Below, in pieces: positions 26,758-36,095 of a stretch of DNA of 64,000 bases (positions within the stretch are counted from its first letter, which is position 1; each line of letters begins with the position of its first letter). The translations under genes and the position numbers were made by a program. Below the pieces are notes generated by a model. That model did not search any database, was not told the DNA's origin, and saw nothing but the letters and a program-made list of their open reading frames with translations. The stretch comes from an uncultured Ectothiorhodospiraceae bacterium (GTDB taxonomy: Bacteria; Pseudomonadota; Gammaproteobacteria; UBA9214), in contig CAMYIO010000002.1 in NCBI GenBank assembly GCA_947258515.1, forward strand, positions 686 through 64,685. Direction: 5' to 3'.

Positions 26758-27148
26758 GTACGGTTACCCGTGTCAGAATGAATGCAAATCATGGGGGGAT
26801 ATTATTGCCTGTTATGTCACTTTCATAGTAACAAACACGTGAATTCACACCAGCACCGGATTTCCCGGATAATGCCGACGACAGGGCAACTGACAGCCTT
26901 TGTTGATGGGTGATCAGGTTCATACCCAAGCTACACGCACGCCAGTGATAATGACGGCTGGCGATTCCATTAACCCTGTATGTGGCGATTATGTTTGCCC
27001 GGATAAGTCCTGGGTGAAGATGCGGAAGGCGTCTAAAGTGTCGGAAAATTGTCGGATTTGGCGATGAAGTAAATAACAGCGTGACATAAAAACGGCGTTA
27101 GATAACTCTACCCAGTATAACCCTCTGTATTTGAATCAAATATATTAT

Positions 27149-27165
27149 TGGCATGGTAGATGCAT
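27149..27165 (+). promoter_or_regulatory. Sigma-54 promoter candidate upstream of the receiver-less activator gene
   Basis: TGGCAT-GGTAG-ATGCAT with the canonical GG/GC register, preceded by an AT-rich tract. It lies ~180 nt upstream of ATG 27346. Confidence 0.5.
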
Positions 27166-27345
27166 GCATTTGGTCGTGAAGCGTAACTGGCCCGTCAGGG
27201 GCCACAAGCCGAATGGATTTGGCGGCTCGAATTGCAGACCGGCAGTAGCCAGGGGATCGCAACTTCGAGTTTAAGGGTGAAGCTGCTGTGACGGTGATGT
27301 TGTAGACCCGTTTGGTATCTTTCATCAGGACAAGGAGGTCGTTTG

Positions 27346-28374
27346 ATGGACAAGCCTGTGTCACAGGTACTGAAAACCGGGCTGATCGCCAGGGACAAGC
27401 GTACCAGGGAACTGGTCACGCTGTCGCGACGCGTAGCGGCTTCGGATGTAACCGTGATGATTAGCGGTGAGTCCGGCACGGGTAAGGAAGTTCTTGCACG
27501 CTTCATTCATGAACATTCGGAACGGGCAGAGGGTCCCTTTGTGGCCATCAACTGTGCCGCAATCCCCGAGAATATGCTTGAAGCCGTCCTCTTTGGATAC
27601 GAAAAGGGCGCCTTTACCGGTGCCTATAAATCCTGTTCAGGAAAGTTTGAGCAAGCACAGGGAGGCACGCTGCTGCTTGATGAAATTACCGAGATGGAGC
27701 TTGGATTGCAGGCAAAACTCCTGCGTGTGTTGCAGGAACGGGAGGTTGAGCGTCTGGGTGGCAAGGACTCGATCCCCCTTGATATTCGTATTCTCGCAAC
27801 GACTAACCGTTGTATGCGTAAAGCGGTAAGCAATGGTCGTTTTCGACAGGATCTTTTCTACCGTCTTAATGTCTTTCCCTTGATTATACCGGCCCTGCGT
27901 GACAGACCGGGGGATATTGTGCCCCTGGCACAGCTGCTTGCCTGTCGTCATGAGCGGGATGCTGGCGGTCCGGAATTTACCCGTGAGGCACAACAGTACC
28001 TGCGGTCGCATGCCTGGCCCGGCAATGTGCGTGAGCTGGAAAATGTTGTCCAGCGGGCATTAATCCTCAAGACGGGAGACTGCATAGAAGAATCCGATAT
28101 CTGCCTTGACGAGGTGATAGAACTGCCAGTATCCGAAACGCGGGAAGCTGCAACCGCGGTTGATAGCGAACAGAATACGGGCCGCTTGCTGGAGCAGGAT
28201 CTCAAGGTCAAGGAGCGGGAACTTATCCTTGCTGCACTGAAAGCCGGCAATGGCAGCCGCAAGGATGTGGCAAATCAACTGGGAATAAGTCCGCGAACGC
28301 TCAGATACAAGCTGGCACGCTTGCGTGACGCGGGAATGGAGATCCCCCGGTCGGCAGGTATGGGGGATGTGTAA
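27346..28374 (+). CDS. Sigma-54 enhancer-binding protein lacking any N-terminal receiver/FleQ domain (AAA+ + Fis-type HTH)
   Basis: Walker A GESGTGKE starts ~40 aa from the N-terminus. It has a canonical GAFTGA, Walker [10 protein letters not shown], and [33 protein letters not shown] lies 7 nt before ATG 27346, and an in-frame stop is at 27295-27297. Confidence 0.9.
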   Translation: MDKPVSQVLKTGLIARDKRTRELVTLSRRVAASDVTVMISGESGTGKEVLARFIHEHSERAEGPFVAINCAAIPENMLEAVLFGYEKGAFTGAYKSCSGKFEQAQGGTLLLDEITEMELGLQAKLLRVLQEREVERLGGKDSIPLDIRILATTNRCMRKAVSNGRFRQDLFYRLNVFPLIIPALRDRPGDIVPLAQLLACRHERDAGGPEFTREAQQYLRSHAWPGNVRELENVVQRALILKTGDCIEESDICLDEVIELPVSETREAATAVDSEQNTGRLLEQDLKVKERELILAALKAGNGSRKDVANQLGISPRTLRYKLARLRDAGMEIPRSAGMGDV

Positions 28375-28418
28375 ATGCATAATGCATACGAAGTGGTTAT
28401 CAGTGACGGGTAGCAGCC

Positions 28419-28742
28419 ATGAGTGAAAACGGAATTGAATCTGTGTTGAGCCAGATACGTGCCATGTCATCAATGGCACAGGGCCCCGCTGCAACAGCGG
28501 CAAAAGATGGCGCCGAGCGGCCGGATTTTGCCGGCCTGTTACAGGAATCGCTTAACAAGGTGAATGAAATTCAGCAGACAGCCGGGAGCCTGGCAACGGC
28601 TTTTGAGGCGGAAGACCCGAATGTGGATCTGGCGCAGGTGATGATTGCCCAGGAAAAATCCAGTCTGGCCTTCCATGCCTTGACTCAGGTACGGAACAAA
28701 CTGATATCGGCCTACCAGGAAATAATGAATATGCCCGTTTGA
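28419..28742 (+). CDS. fliE: Flagellar hook-basal body protein FliE
   Basis: 107 aa. ...FAGLLQESLNKVNEIQQTA... and C-terminal ...AFHALTQVRNKLISAYQEIMNMPV. Confidence 0.9.
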   Translation: MSENGIESVLSQIRAMSSMAQGPAATAAKDGAERPDFAGLLQESLNKVNEIQQTAGSLATAFEAEDPNVDLAQVMIAQEKSSLAFHALTQVRNKLISAYQEIMNMPV

Positions 28743-28776
28743 TATTGATTAACTCAATTGAAAAAGGTTTTTGCAC

Positions 28777-30387
28777 ATGGCACTTATAAACACAGAAAAA
28801 TTGGCAGCGCAGTCGAGAGGTTTTAACGCACTACCCGTGGTGCGGCAGCTCGGTTTGATGGTCGGTCTGGCGGCAAGTGTGGCGCTGGGATTTTACGTCG
28901 TGCTCTGGTCGCAAACGCCGGATTACAGCATGTTATACGCGGGCTTGTCAGACGCGGATGCTTCACAGGTTGCCGAGTCACTCGAACAGGCCGGTATACC
29001 CTATCGTATCGAGCCCGGATCAGGGGCAATTACCGTGCCCGGCAGCGAGGTCCACGAGGCACGTTTGAAACTGGCAGCCAGGGGGCTGCCGAGAGGTGAT
29101 GGCAGTGGCTTCGAGCTGTTTGAAAAAACCAGTAGTTTTGGAACCAGTCGCTTTATGGAAGCAGCCCGCTATAACCGTGCTATAGAAGGCGAGCTGGCGA
29201 GGACCATCGCAAAATTACAAAGCGTCGAGAGTGTACGCGTACATCTTGCCATTCCGAAGCAGTCGGTTTTCGTCCGTGACAAGAGCAAGACGCGTGCCTC
29301 GGTGGTACTGAATCTTTATTCTGGCGCCCGTCTCGACGAGGAAATCATCACGGGGATCGTGCACCTGGTGGCTGCCAGTATTCCGGGTCTGGAGGAAGAC
29401 AATGTCACGGTTGTCGACCAGAAAGGACGGCTGCTCACGAACAGCGGCTCCAGTGGTGTCGGGGCTACATCCAGTCAGCTGGCCTATACACGTAGCCTTG
29501 AATCGCTCTATGTCCAGCGTATCAAGGACATTCTTGTCCCGATCCTGGGTATGGATGGTGTTCGCGCGCAGGTCGTAGCGGATATCGATTTCACCATGGT
29601 GGAAACAACTACCGAAAGTTATCAGCCTGATAACAGGGCGGTTCGCAGCGAGGAAATCACAGAGGAAAAGACCAGCGGCAGCGGTGTTTCCGGTGTGCCG
29701 GGTGCGCTCAGTAACCAGCCCCCGGCGGCTGGCACGACAGGGAAGGTAAAGGGTACGGTTGAAACCGGCACAGCTGTTAACAGCAGCAGTCATTCAACAC
29801 GTAATTATGAACTGGATCACAGTGTCAGCCACTCACGTACTGCGCCCGGGGAAGTACAGCGCTTGTCTGTGGCGGTGGTCGTTGATTACAACGAGCAGCC
29901 CGGGGAAGACGGTACCCTGGAACGTGTACCACTTGCTGAAGACGAAATGGCGCGCATAACGGCCCTGGTCAAGGATGCGGTTGGCTATGATGCCGAACGC
30001 AACGACAGTGTTAATGTCAGCAATATTTCATTCAAGGTTATCGAGGAAATGGAGCCCGCACCCGAGGCACCGGTATGGGAACAGGCCTGGCTGTGGGATA
30101 TCGGCAAGAAGGGACTCGGTGGCTTGATGGTTTTACTGCTGGTCTTCGGTGTCCTGAAACCTTCGTTGCGTAGTCTGGCAAGCATCACACCAGGTGCCGC
30201 TGCCTTGCCACACGGACTTGCGGCCGATCAGTCGTCACTTGCACCGGACCAGCTCAGTCTCGGTAATCAGCCGGCTGCCCAGCAACTGTCGCAGGAACAG
30301 CAGTTTGCAATGGCCAGAGAGCTGGTCGCAAAAAATCCGCAACAGGGAGCGAAAGTGATAAAGCAATGGGTTGCCGCTGATGGCTGA
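28777..30387 (+). CDS. fliF: Flagellar MS-ring protein FliF
   Basis: N-terminal TM, then LYAGLSDADASQVAESLEQAGIPYRI..G..I.VP...V...RL.LA..GLP and LARTI..L..V..VRVHLA.P. ATG 28777 is preferred to the track's TTG 28771. Confidence 0.9.
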   Translation: MALINTEKLAAQSRGFNALPVVRQLGLMVGLAASVALGFYVVLWSQTPDYSMLYAGLSDADASQVAESLEQAGIPYRIEPGSGAITVPGSEVHEARLKLAARGLPRGDGSGFELFEKTSSFGTSRFMEAARYNRAIEGELARTIAKLQSVESVRVHLAIPKQSVFVRDKSKTRASVVLNLYSGARLDEEIITGIVHLVAASIPGLEEDNVTVVDQKGRLLTNSGSSGVGATSSQLAYTRSLESLYVQRIKDILVPILGMDGVRAQVVADIDFTMVETTTESYQPDNRAVRSEEITEEKTSGSGVSGVPGALSNQPPAAGTTGKVKGTVETGTAVNSSSHSTRNYELDHSVSHSRTAPGEVQRLSVAVVVDYNEQPGEDGTLERVPLAEDEMARITALVKDAVGYDAERNDSVNVSNISFKVIEEMEPAPEAPVWEQAWLWDIGKKGLGGLMVLLLVFGVLKPSLRSLASITPGAAALPHGLAADQSSLAPDQLSLGNQPAAQQLSQEQQFAMARELVAKNPQQGAKVIKQWVAADG

Positions 30388-31390
30388 TAAGGACAATACG
30401 CTGAGTGGCACTGAAAGTGCCGCGGTGCTGCTTCTAAGCCTGGGCGAAGAGCATGCTGCCAGCATTCTCAGGAACATGGATCCGCGTGAGGTGCAAAAGG
30501 TCAGCGCTGCCATGTCCTCGTTATCCGGTGGTGCAGGCAAGCAGGTTGGCAAGGTATTGGGTAATTTTGTTGCAGATGCAAGTGGCGAGACCTCGCTGGC
30601 TGTGAGTTCCGATCAGTTTGTAACGAATGTGCTGGAACAGGCTTTTGGGGCGGAAAAGGCGGGTAATTTGCTGAATTATGTGCTTGAGGGAAACAGCTCC
30701 AAGGGGCTGGAAACACTGAAATGGATGGACCCGCATGCGGTTGCCGATGTCATCAGGAAGGAGCATCCGCAGATTATCGCCATCGTCCTGTCGCAGCTTG
30801 ATTCAGACCAGGCGGCTGCGGTCCTGAAGCAGCTCCCGGATGATAATCGTGTCGATATCCTGATGCGTGTTGCACGGATGGATACGATTCATCCGTCTGC
30901 ACTGAAGGAACTCGATGAGATACTTGCAAAACAGTTCAATTCCTCGGGTGGAGATAAACCATCCACTGCGGGCGGCACGAAAACAGTGGCCGACTTGCTG
31001 AACTATCTCGGAAAAAAGGATGAGGCCGAGCTTTCCAGGGGCATCACCGAACTGGATGAAGCCCTCGGTCAGGAAATATCCGAATTGATGTTTGTATTCG
31101 AGAACCTGAAGGATGTTGATGGCCGCGGTATTCAGGCATTGCTGCGTGAAGTGTCATCCGAGACGCTGGTCATTGCACTCAAGAGTGCTGATGACGAGAT
31201 CAGTGAAAAGATTTTCGCGAATATGTCCAAACGCGCAGCCGAGATGTTGCGCGATGATCTGGAAACCAAGGGTCCAGTGAAGCTGAGTGAAGTACAGGAG
31301 GCGCAGAAGGAGATCCTCGTGGTTGCTCAACGTATGGCCGAGTCCGGAGAACTCGTGCTGGGTGGCAAGGGCGGTGACGAATATGTCTAG
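30380..31390 (+). CDS. fliG: Flagellar motor switch protein FliG
   Basis: LSGTESAAVLLLSLGEEHAASILRNMDPREVQKV... and C-terminal MSKRAAEMLRDDLE. ATG 30380 overlaps the fliF stop by 8 nt. Confidence 0.9.
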   Translation: MADKDNTLSGTESAAVLLLSLGEEHAASILRNMDPREVQKVSAAMSSLSGGAGKQVGKVLGNFVADASGETSLAVSSDQFVTNVLEQAFGAEKAGNLLNYVLEGNSSKGLETLKWMDPHAVADVIRKEHPQIIAIVLSQLDSDQAAAVLKQLPDDNRVDILMRVARMDTIHPSALKELDEILAKQFNSSGGDKPSTAGGTKTVADLLNYLGKKDEAELSRGITELDEALGQEISELMFVFENLKDVDGRGIQALLREVSSETLVIALKSADDEISEKIFANMSKRAAEMLRDDLETKGPVKLSEVQEAQKEILVVAQRMAESGELVLGGKGGDEYV

Positions 31391-32006
31391 TGTCATGGAA
31401 GGAGATAATGTGGATAAATTCCAGCGCTGGGACCTCCCCGAACTGGGTGAGTCCGGCACCGGTCATTCAGGCCCGATGACTCCGGGGGAAATGGAAAAAC
31501 TGCAGCAGCAGGCTTACCAGGAAGGTTTCGAGCGTGGCCGCCAGGATGGGCTGGATGCCGGCAGGCAGGCTCTGGCAGATCAGGCCCGACAACTTGAGCA
31601 GCTTCTCTGTGCACTGACACGTCCGTTTGAAGAACTGGATGAGCAGGTGGAGGAGGAGTTGCTTGGACTGGTATTCACGATTGTACGCCAGCTGGCAGGC
31701 AATGAAATCAGGGAGAATCCCGAGCAGATTCTGTCAATCGTGCATAAAACGGTCGCGATGCTACCGAGTGCTTCACGCCATTTGCAGTTATACCTGCACC
31801 CGGATGATGTACAACTTGTTCACGATATTCTGCCGGCAGCAGACAGCACAACACCGTGGCATGTCATCGAGGATGTTTCAGTTGGCCGGGGTGGTTGTCG
31901 TGTAAGCACCGAAACTTCACAGGTTGATGCAACCCTGGAGACGCGTCTTGATAATATTGTCAACTCACTTGTTGGCGGTGACGATGACAAGGATGCACAG
32001 CAATGA
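31383..32006 (+). CDS. fliH: Flagellar export apparatus protein FliH
   Basis: QQQAYQEGFERGRQDGLDAGRQ... FliH/YscL-type region. The stop overlaps the fliI ATG (ATGA). The start is uncertain (31383 or 31395). Confidence 0.8.
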   Translation: MSSVMEGDNVDKFQRWDLPELGESGTGHSGPMTPGEMEKLQQQAYQEGFERGRQDGLDAGRQALADQARQLEQLLCALTRPFEELDEQVEEELLGLVFTIVRQLAGNEIRENPEQILSIVHKTVAMLPSASRHLQLYLHPDDVQLVHDILPAADSTTPWHVIEDVSVGRGGCRVSTETSQVDATLETRLDNIVNSLVGGDDDKDAQQ

Positions 32007-33406
32007 ACACGGCACCCGGTATTCCATCCGCACAGCGTGGAGTGCTCTGGGCAAAGCGGCTCGCCGGATACCGCAAACGTCTCGACACCGCTGTGCCACT
32101 GGTCGTGGAGGGTAAGCTGGTTCGTATGGTAGGGCTGACCCTGGAGGCGGTTGGTTGTCACGCGCCGGTGGGTGCGCGATGTGATGTGCTGGCATCGAAT
32201 GGTAACCGCATCGAGGCCGAGGTGGTTGGTTTCTCCGGTGAGAATACCATTCTTATGCCGACCGGGGATATCCATGGACTGACGCCCAATGCCCGTGTTG
32301 TGCCCTCAAGTCATGTGTGCGAAGCAGTCGTCGGCGATGGCTTGCTGGGCCGGGTAGTGGATGCCTCCGGACGACCGCTTGACGGCAAGGGCCCCATTGT
32401 TGCGGATGCGCGCGTGCCCTTGACGGGCCGTCCGATTAATCCGCTGGCGCGTCAATCAATTACCGAGACACTGGATGTGGGTGTGCGTTCTATTAATGCG
32501 CTGCTGACTGTCGGTCGCGGGCAGCGCATGGGTCTGTTTGCAGGAAGTGGCGTCGGCAAGAGTGTGCTGCTTGGCATGATGACGCGTTATACAGCCGCGG
32601 ATGTCATTGTTGTCGGCCTCATCGGAGAGCGTGGACGTGAGGTCAAGGAATTTGTCGAAAACATCCTCGGTGAGGAAGGCCTGGCGCGTGCCGTGGTGGT
32701 TGCTGCACCCGCAGATCAGCCGCCGTTAATGCGTATGCACGGTGCGTGGCTAACGACGTCGATTGCTGAATATTTCCGTGATCGTGGCATGAAGGTGCTG
32801 TTATTGATGGATTCGCTGACGCGTTTTTCACAGGCGCAGCGCGAGATAGGCCTTGCGATTGGTGAGCCGCCGGCAACCAAGGGTTACCCGCCATCGGTGT
32901 TCGCCAAGCTGTCCCAGCTGGTGGAACGGGTGGGTAATGGTGACAGGGGGAGTGGCTCGATCACGGCTTTTTATACCGTGCTCGCGGAGGGCGATGATCA
33001 GAATGATCCCATTGCCGACGCGGCCCGTGCCACGCTTGATGGCCACCTGGTACTGTCACGGGATATTGCCGAAACCGGTCTTTACCCGGCGATTGATGTT
33101 GAGTCATCGATTAGCCGCGTCATGCACGACATTGCAGAGCCCGTCCATCTGCAGGCAGCACAACGTTTCAGGCAGCTCTACTCGACCTACCAGCAAAACA
33201 AGGACCTTATAGCGGTTGGTGCATACCAGAATGGCAGTGATCCGAGGATAGATGAGGCAATCGCCTATCAGCCGCGCCTCCTCGAGTTTCTGAGGCAGGG
33301 TAACAGTCAGGGAATTGTGTTCGAGGAGAGCCTTGATCAGCTGTGTGAGCTGTTGCTGCCTGCCGAGGGTGGTGGCGAGACAATAACAGAGGGGAATGCG
33401 GTATGA
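32003..33406 (+). CDS. fliI: Flagellum-specific ATPase FliI
   Basis: Walker A GSGVGKS, Walker B LLLMDSLTR, and F1-ATPase beta-like architecture. Confidence 0.95.
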   Translation: MNTAPGIPSAQRGVLWAKRLAGYRKRLDTAVPLVVEGKLVRMVGLTLEAVGCHAPVGARCDVLASNGNRIEAEVVGFSGENTILMPTGDIHGLTPNARVVPSSHVCEAVVGDGLLGRVVDASGRPLDGKGPIVADARVPLTGRPINPLARQSITETLDVGVRSINALLTVGRGQRMGLFAGSGVGKSVLLGMMTRYTAADVIVVGLIGERGREVKEFVENILGEEGLARAVVVAAPADQPPLMRMHGAWLTTSIAEYFRDRGMKVLLLMDSLTRFSQAQREIGLAIGEPPATKGYPPSVFAKLSQLVERVGNGDRGSGSITAFYTVLAEGDDQNDPIADAARATLDGHLVLSRDIAETGLYPAIDVESSISRVMHDIAEPVHLQAAQRFRQLYSTYQQNKDLIAVGAYQNGSDPRIDEAIAYQPRLLEFLRQGNSQGIVFEESLDQLCELLLPAEGGGETITEGNAV

Positions 33407-33846
33407 GTTCATACAAGAGAATGCAGCCTGTGGCCGAGGCAGCACAGCAACAGGCAGATGCTGCCGCGAAAAGTGTTGCTGAATGTAATCGAATAGTCAT
33501 GGCTATGCGACTGCAGCTGGATGAGTTACTTGGCTACCGGGATGATTATGCTAACGGCTTGCGCCAAAAGGGCCATAAGGGAGTCAATGCAAGCCAGATG
33601 AAGGACTACAGTGTGTTCCTGGAGCGTCTCAACAAGGCAATAGGACAGCAACAGGAAAATCTGGACAACGCGGGTGCCCGGTTTGCGGCCAGCAAGCGAG
33701 TATGGATAGAGAAGCAACAACGCGCGAAGGCGATAGATTCAGTAGTCAGCCGCTACCAGCAGGCCGATCGACGTGAGCAATCACGGCGTGAGCAGCAGGA
33801 GGGCGATGAACATGCACGCCGCCTCACATGCAGGCAGGAGAGCTAG
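33403..33846 (+). CDS. fliJ: Flagellar export chaperone-like protein FliJ
   Basis: 147-aa coiled-coil protein, ATGA-coupled to fliI. The pattern ..LDELLGYRDDY.. matches FliJ. Confidence 0.8.
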   Translation: MSSYKRMQPVAEAAQQQADAAAKSVAECNRIVMAMRLQLDELLGYRDDYANGLRQKGHKGVNASQMKDYSVFLERLNKAIGQQQENLDNAGARFAASKRVWIEKQQRAKAIDSVVSRYQQADRREQSRREQQEGDEHARRLTCRQES

Positions 33847-33869
33847 AAATACCGTCAGCATGATAAAGC

Positions 33870-33885
33870 TGGCATGGGTATTGCT
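33870..33885 (+). promoter_or_regulatory. Sigma-54 promoter candidate upstream of fliK
   Basis: TGGCAT-GGGTA-TTGCT with canonical spacing, in the fliJ-fliK spacer 66 nt before the fliK ATG. Confidence 0.55.
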
Positions 33886-33950
33886 ATAACTCATTACAAG
33901 TGTATTGACACTTGAACATGTAACCAATTCTCAAGAGGGTTTACCGGCGT

Positions 33951-35225
33951 ATGAACGAGCCTATACAGGTACTTGAAGCGTCTGGTCATCTTACTTTAAC
34001 CAGCCAGGGTGGGGTTAACAGTGGCCGAAGCGAGGATGGCGATAGCTCATTCTCCAGCATCCTGTCGCAGAACAAGGGTGAGCAGGTCGGCGCTGATGAT
34101 GGCCAGTCCTTGCCCGATAGCGGCAACACATTGCCGGCACCGCAGGCACTTAATGATGGTCAGCAAGGGGCGGCCGGGGGTTCACCCGCTGCGGCAGATC
34201 AAACGGGTCTACCCGGTAAAGCGGTCGTTATTGATGATCTCTTGACGGTGGCGGGGGTGGATCAGTCTGGGCAACCGACCGTTCTGGCGCTCCCGCAAGT
34301 TGCCCCTGTGTCGGATGTGGCGGCCATCGAAGGACAGCCACTGAATTCCGGGGTGCCGGTGTCTGCTGCAATGGCAGGGCAGCCGCTGCAGCAGCAGCTG
34401 CAGGTGCAGGTGCAGGTGCAGGCTCACATGGGGAGTACGCCACTGCCTGCCATGATGCAGACCGGCGGTTTGACTGTACCAGGCATGCAGCTACGGCAGG
34501 ATGTTGTTCTTGATGCTGCCGGGGCAAGAGTTGCTCCTGATACTTTGCCGGTGATTGCTGAGACCGGCCGTCCCCTGGCTGATACAGAGCCGCTTGCCGG
34601 TGCCGTGCGCGAGGCGCTGCATCTGGCTGTCGCAAACCAGGCCTCTAACAGTAATTTGAAACAATTCATGCAGCAGCAATCGAACCAGCAGGCTGCAAGC
34701 AACCCGTTGCTCGCTGCCAGCAGCGCGGAGGCGGGCGCAGTACCTTTCCTGCAGACCTTGTCAGACAGTGCTGTGACCATGCCTTCGGCAAGAGTACCGG
34801 TGGCTGTTGGTCAGCCGGGCTGGGGCGAGGCGGTGGGGCAACAGGTTACGTGGTTCGTTTCCCAGAAAATCAGTACCGCCAGTTTGCGGCTAAATCCACA
34901 ACACCTGGGTCCAATGGAGATGGCGGTCACTATGGACGGCGATAAGGCAAGCATTACCTTCACAAGCCAGCAGTCAATGGTGCGGGATGCGCTGGAGTCT
35001 TCCATACCCCGCTTGCGTGAAATGCTCGCTGAAAATGGCCTGAATCTTGTCAATGTCAATGTGTCACAGCAGGGCAAGTCACGCAGGGATGGCCAGCACG
35101 AGAGCGGTTTCGGGCAAGGATCCGCTGTTGCGAAGGATGACGCTGGCGCCAGCGAGGCTGTCTCCGCTTCAGAACTGCGACGGATGACGATACCTATGCA
35201 AGGCCTGGTCGACGACTACGCATAA
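33951..35225 (+). CDS. fliK: Flagellar hook-length control protein FliK
   Basis: Low-complexity Q/P/A-rich N-terminal half. The C-terminal Flg_hook-type region reads GQPGWGEAVGQQVTWFVSQKISTASLRLNPQHLGPMEMAVTMDGDKASITF. Confidence 0.85.
   Translation: MNEPIQVLEASGHLTLTSQGGVNSGRSEDGDSSFSSILSQNKGEQVGADDGQSLPDSGNTLPAPQALNDGQQGAAGGSPAAADQTGLPGKAVVIDDLLTVAGVDQSGQPTVLALPQVAPVSDVAAIEGQPLNSGVPVSAAMAGQPLQQQLQVQVQVQAHMGSTPLPAMMQTGGLTVPGMQLRQDVVLDAAGARVAPDTLPVIAETGRPLADTEPLAGAVREALHLAVANQASNSNLKQFMQQQSNQQAASNPLLAASSAEAGAVPFLQTLSDSAVTMPSARVPVAVGQPGWGEAVGQQVTWFVSQKISTASLRLNPQHLGPMEMAVTMDGDKASITFTSQQSMVRDALESSIPRLREMLAENGLNLVNVNVSQQGKSRRDGQHESGFGQGSAVAKDDAGASEAVSASELRRMTIPMQGLVDDYA
34389..34421 (+). repeat. 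CAG-rich tract with (CAGGTG)x3 in fliK (encodes QQQLQVQVQVQ)
   Basis: Read directly from the sequence; it lies in the low-complexity ruler region of FliK. Confidence 0.9.
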
Positions 35226-35533
35226 AATATTGGCAGAGCGTTTACGGTCCGACTGATTGTTTACCCGCTGCACCCGCTTGGTGTTCGTCAGGCACGCTTT
35301 CGCATGCTGTCATAATCCGGATGCCGTCCGCTCCTGTCTTGCGAGCTTCCTGATCGTTTGCTGAAATCATGCTGGAGTTACCCGACCTGTCGGATGACAG
35401 TCTCCAGTGGCCCTGGTTTTTGCCGCCTGTAAGTGACGGTAAATCGACGTCCCCATGCGGGCAGCGTTGTCATAAAAATGACTCACGTCAATATGGAAAA
35501 TATAACCCATTGTAATACATGAAATAAATAATA

Positions 35534-35549
35534 TGGCATAAGTATTGCT
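35534..35549 (+). promoter_or_regulatory. Sigma-54 promoter candidate for the fliL operon
   Basis: TGGCAT-AAGTA-TTGCT with canonical spacing. It lies in the 406-nt fliK-fliL spacer, 83 nt before the fliL ATG, with an AT-rich tract upstream. Confidence 0.6.
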
Positions 35550-35631
35550 TTGCTTAGCACAGGTATCGATGCTCATCTCTCAAGCGTATCGATTGGACTA
35601 AGGATAGTCTCAACGTTAAGCAGGGAAGCTT

Positions 35632-36090
35632 ATGAAGAAAATCATTCTTATCGCAGTGGGTGTGTTGTTGCTTGCCGGTATCGGGGTAGGCACGATGCTG
35701 TTTTTGAAGGATGACCCTCCTGCAGATGAACAGGCGGGGGATGAAACCGCTGAAAAGCTGCCGAAGGCGGCAGACCCCATTTATCAAGGCCTTGATCCTG
35801 ACTTCGTTGTGGCCTTTCAGGATCCAAAGACGGTCAGGTTTCTGAAACTCTCCATAGAAGTGATGGCGCGTGATGATGACGTGATAGAGGCCGTCCAGCT
35901 CCATATGCCCGCAATTCGCGACAGCATCATTATTCTCTTGAGCAGCAAGAGCGAGACCAGCCTGCTGGATACGGATGGCAAGGAACAGTTGCGCAAGGAA
36001 GTGCTTGCCGCAATACAGGGCGTGCTGATTGAAAACACCGGTAGCCCTGGTATTGAGGCTGTTTATTTTACCAACCTTGTCATGCAGTAA
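35632..36090 (+). CDS. fliL: Flagellar basal body-associated protein FliL
   Basis: 152 aa. N-terminal TM, then ...FVVAFQDPKTVRFLKLSIEVMARDDD...LRKEVLAAIQ. Confidence 0.85.
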   Translation: MKKIILIAVGVLLLAGIGVGTMLFLKDDPPADEQAGDETAEKLPKAADPIYQGLDPDFVVAFQDPKTVRFLKLSIEVMARDDDVIEAVQLHMPAIRDSIIILLSSKSETSLLDTDGKEQLRKEVLAAIQGVLIENTGSPGIEAVYFTNLVMQ

Positions 36091-36095
36091 CTGCC

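Noticed and set aside
26906-27067. 53-aa ORF (MGDQVHTQ...CGDYVCPDKSW...ENCRIWR) below the track cutoff, in the spacer upstream of the receiver-less EBP.
   Set aside because: There is no Shine-Dalgarno, no recognisable family, and it overlaps the probable enhancer region. The evidence is insufficient.
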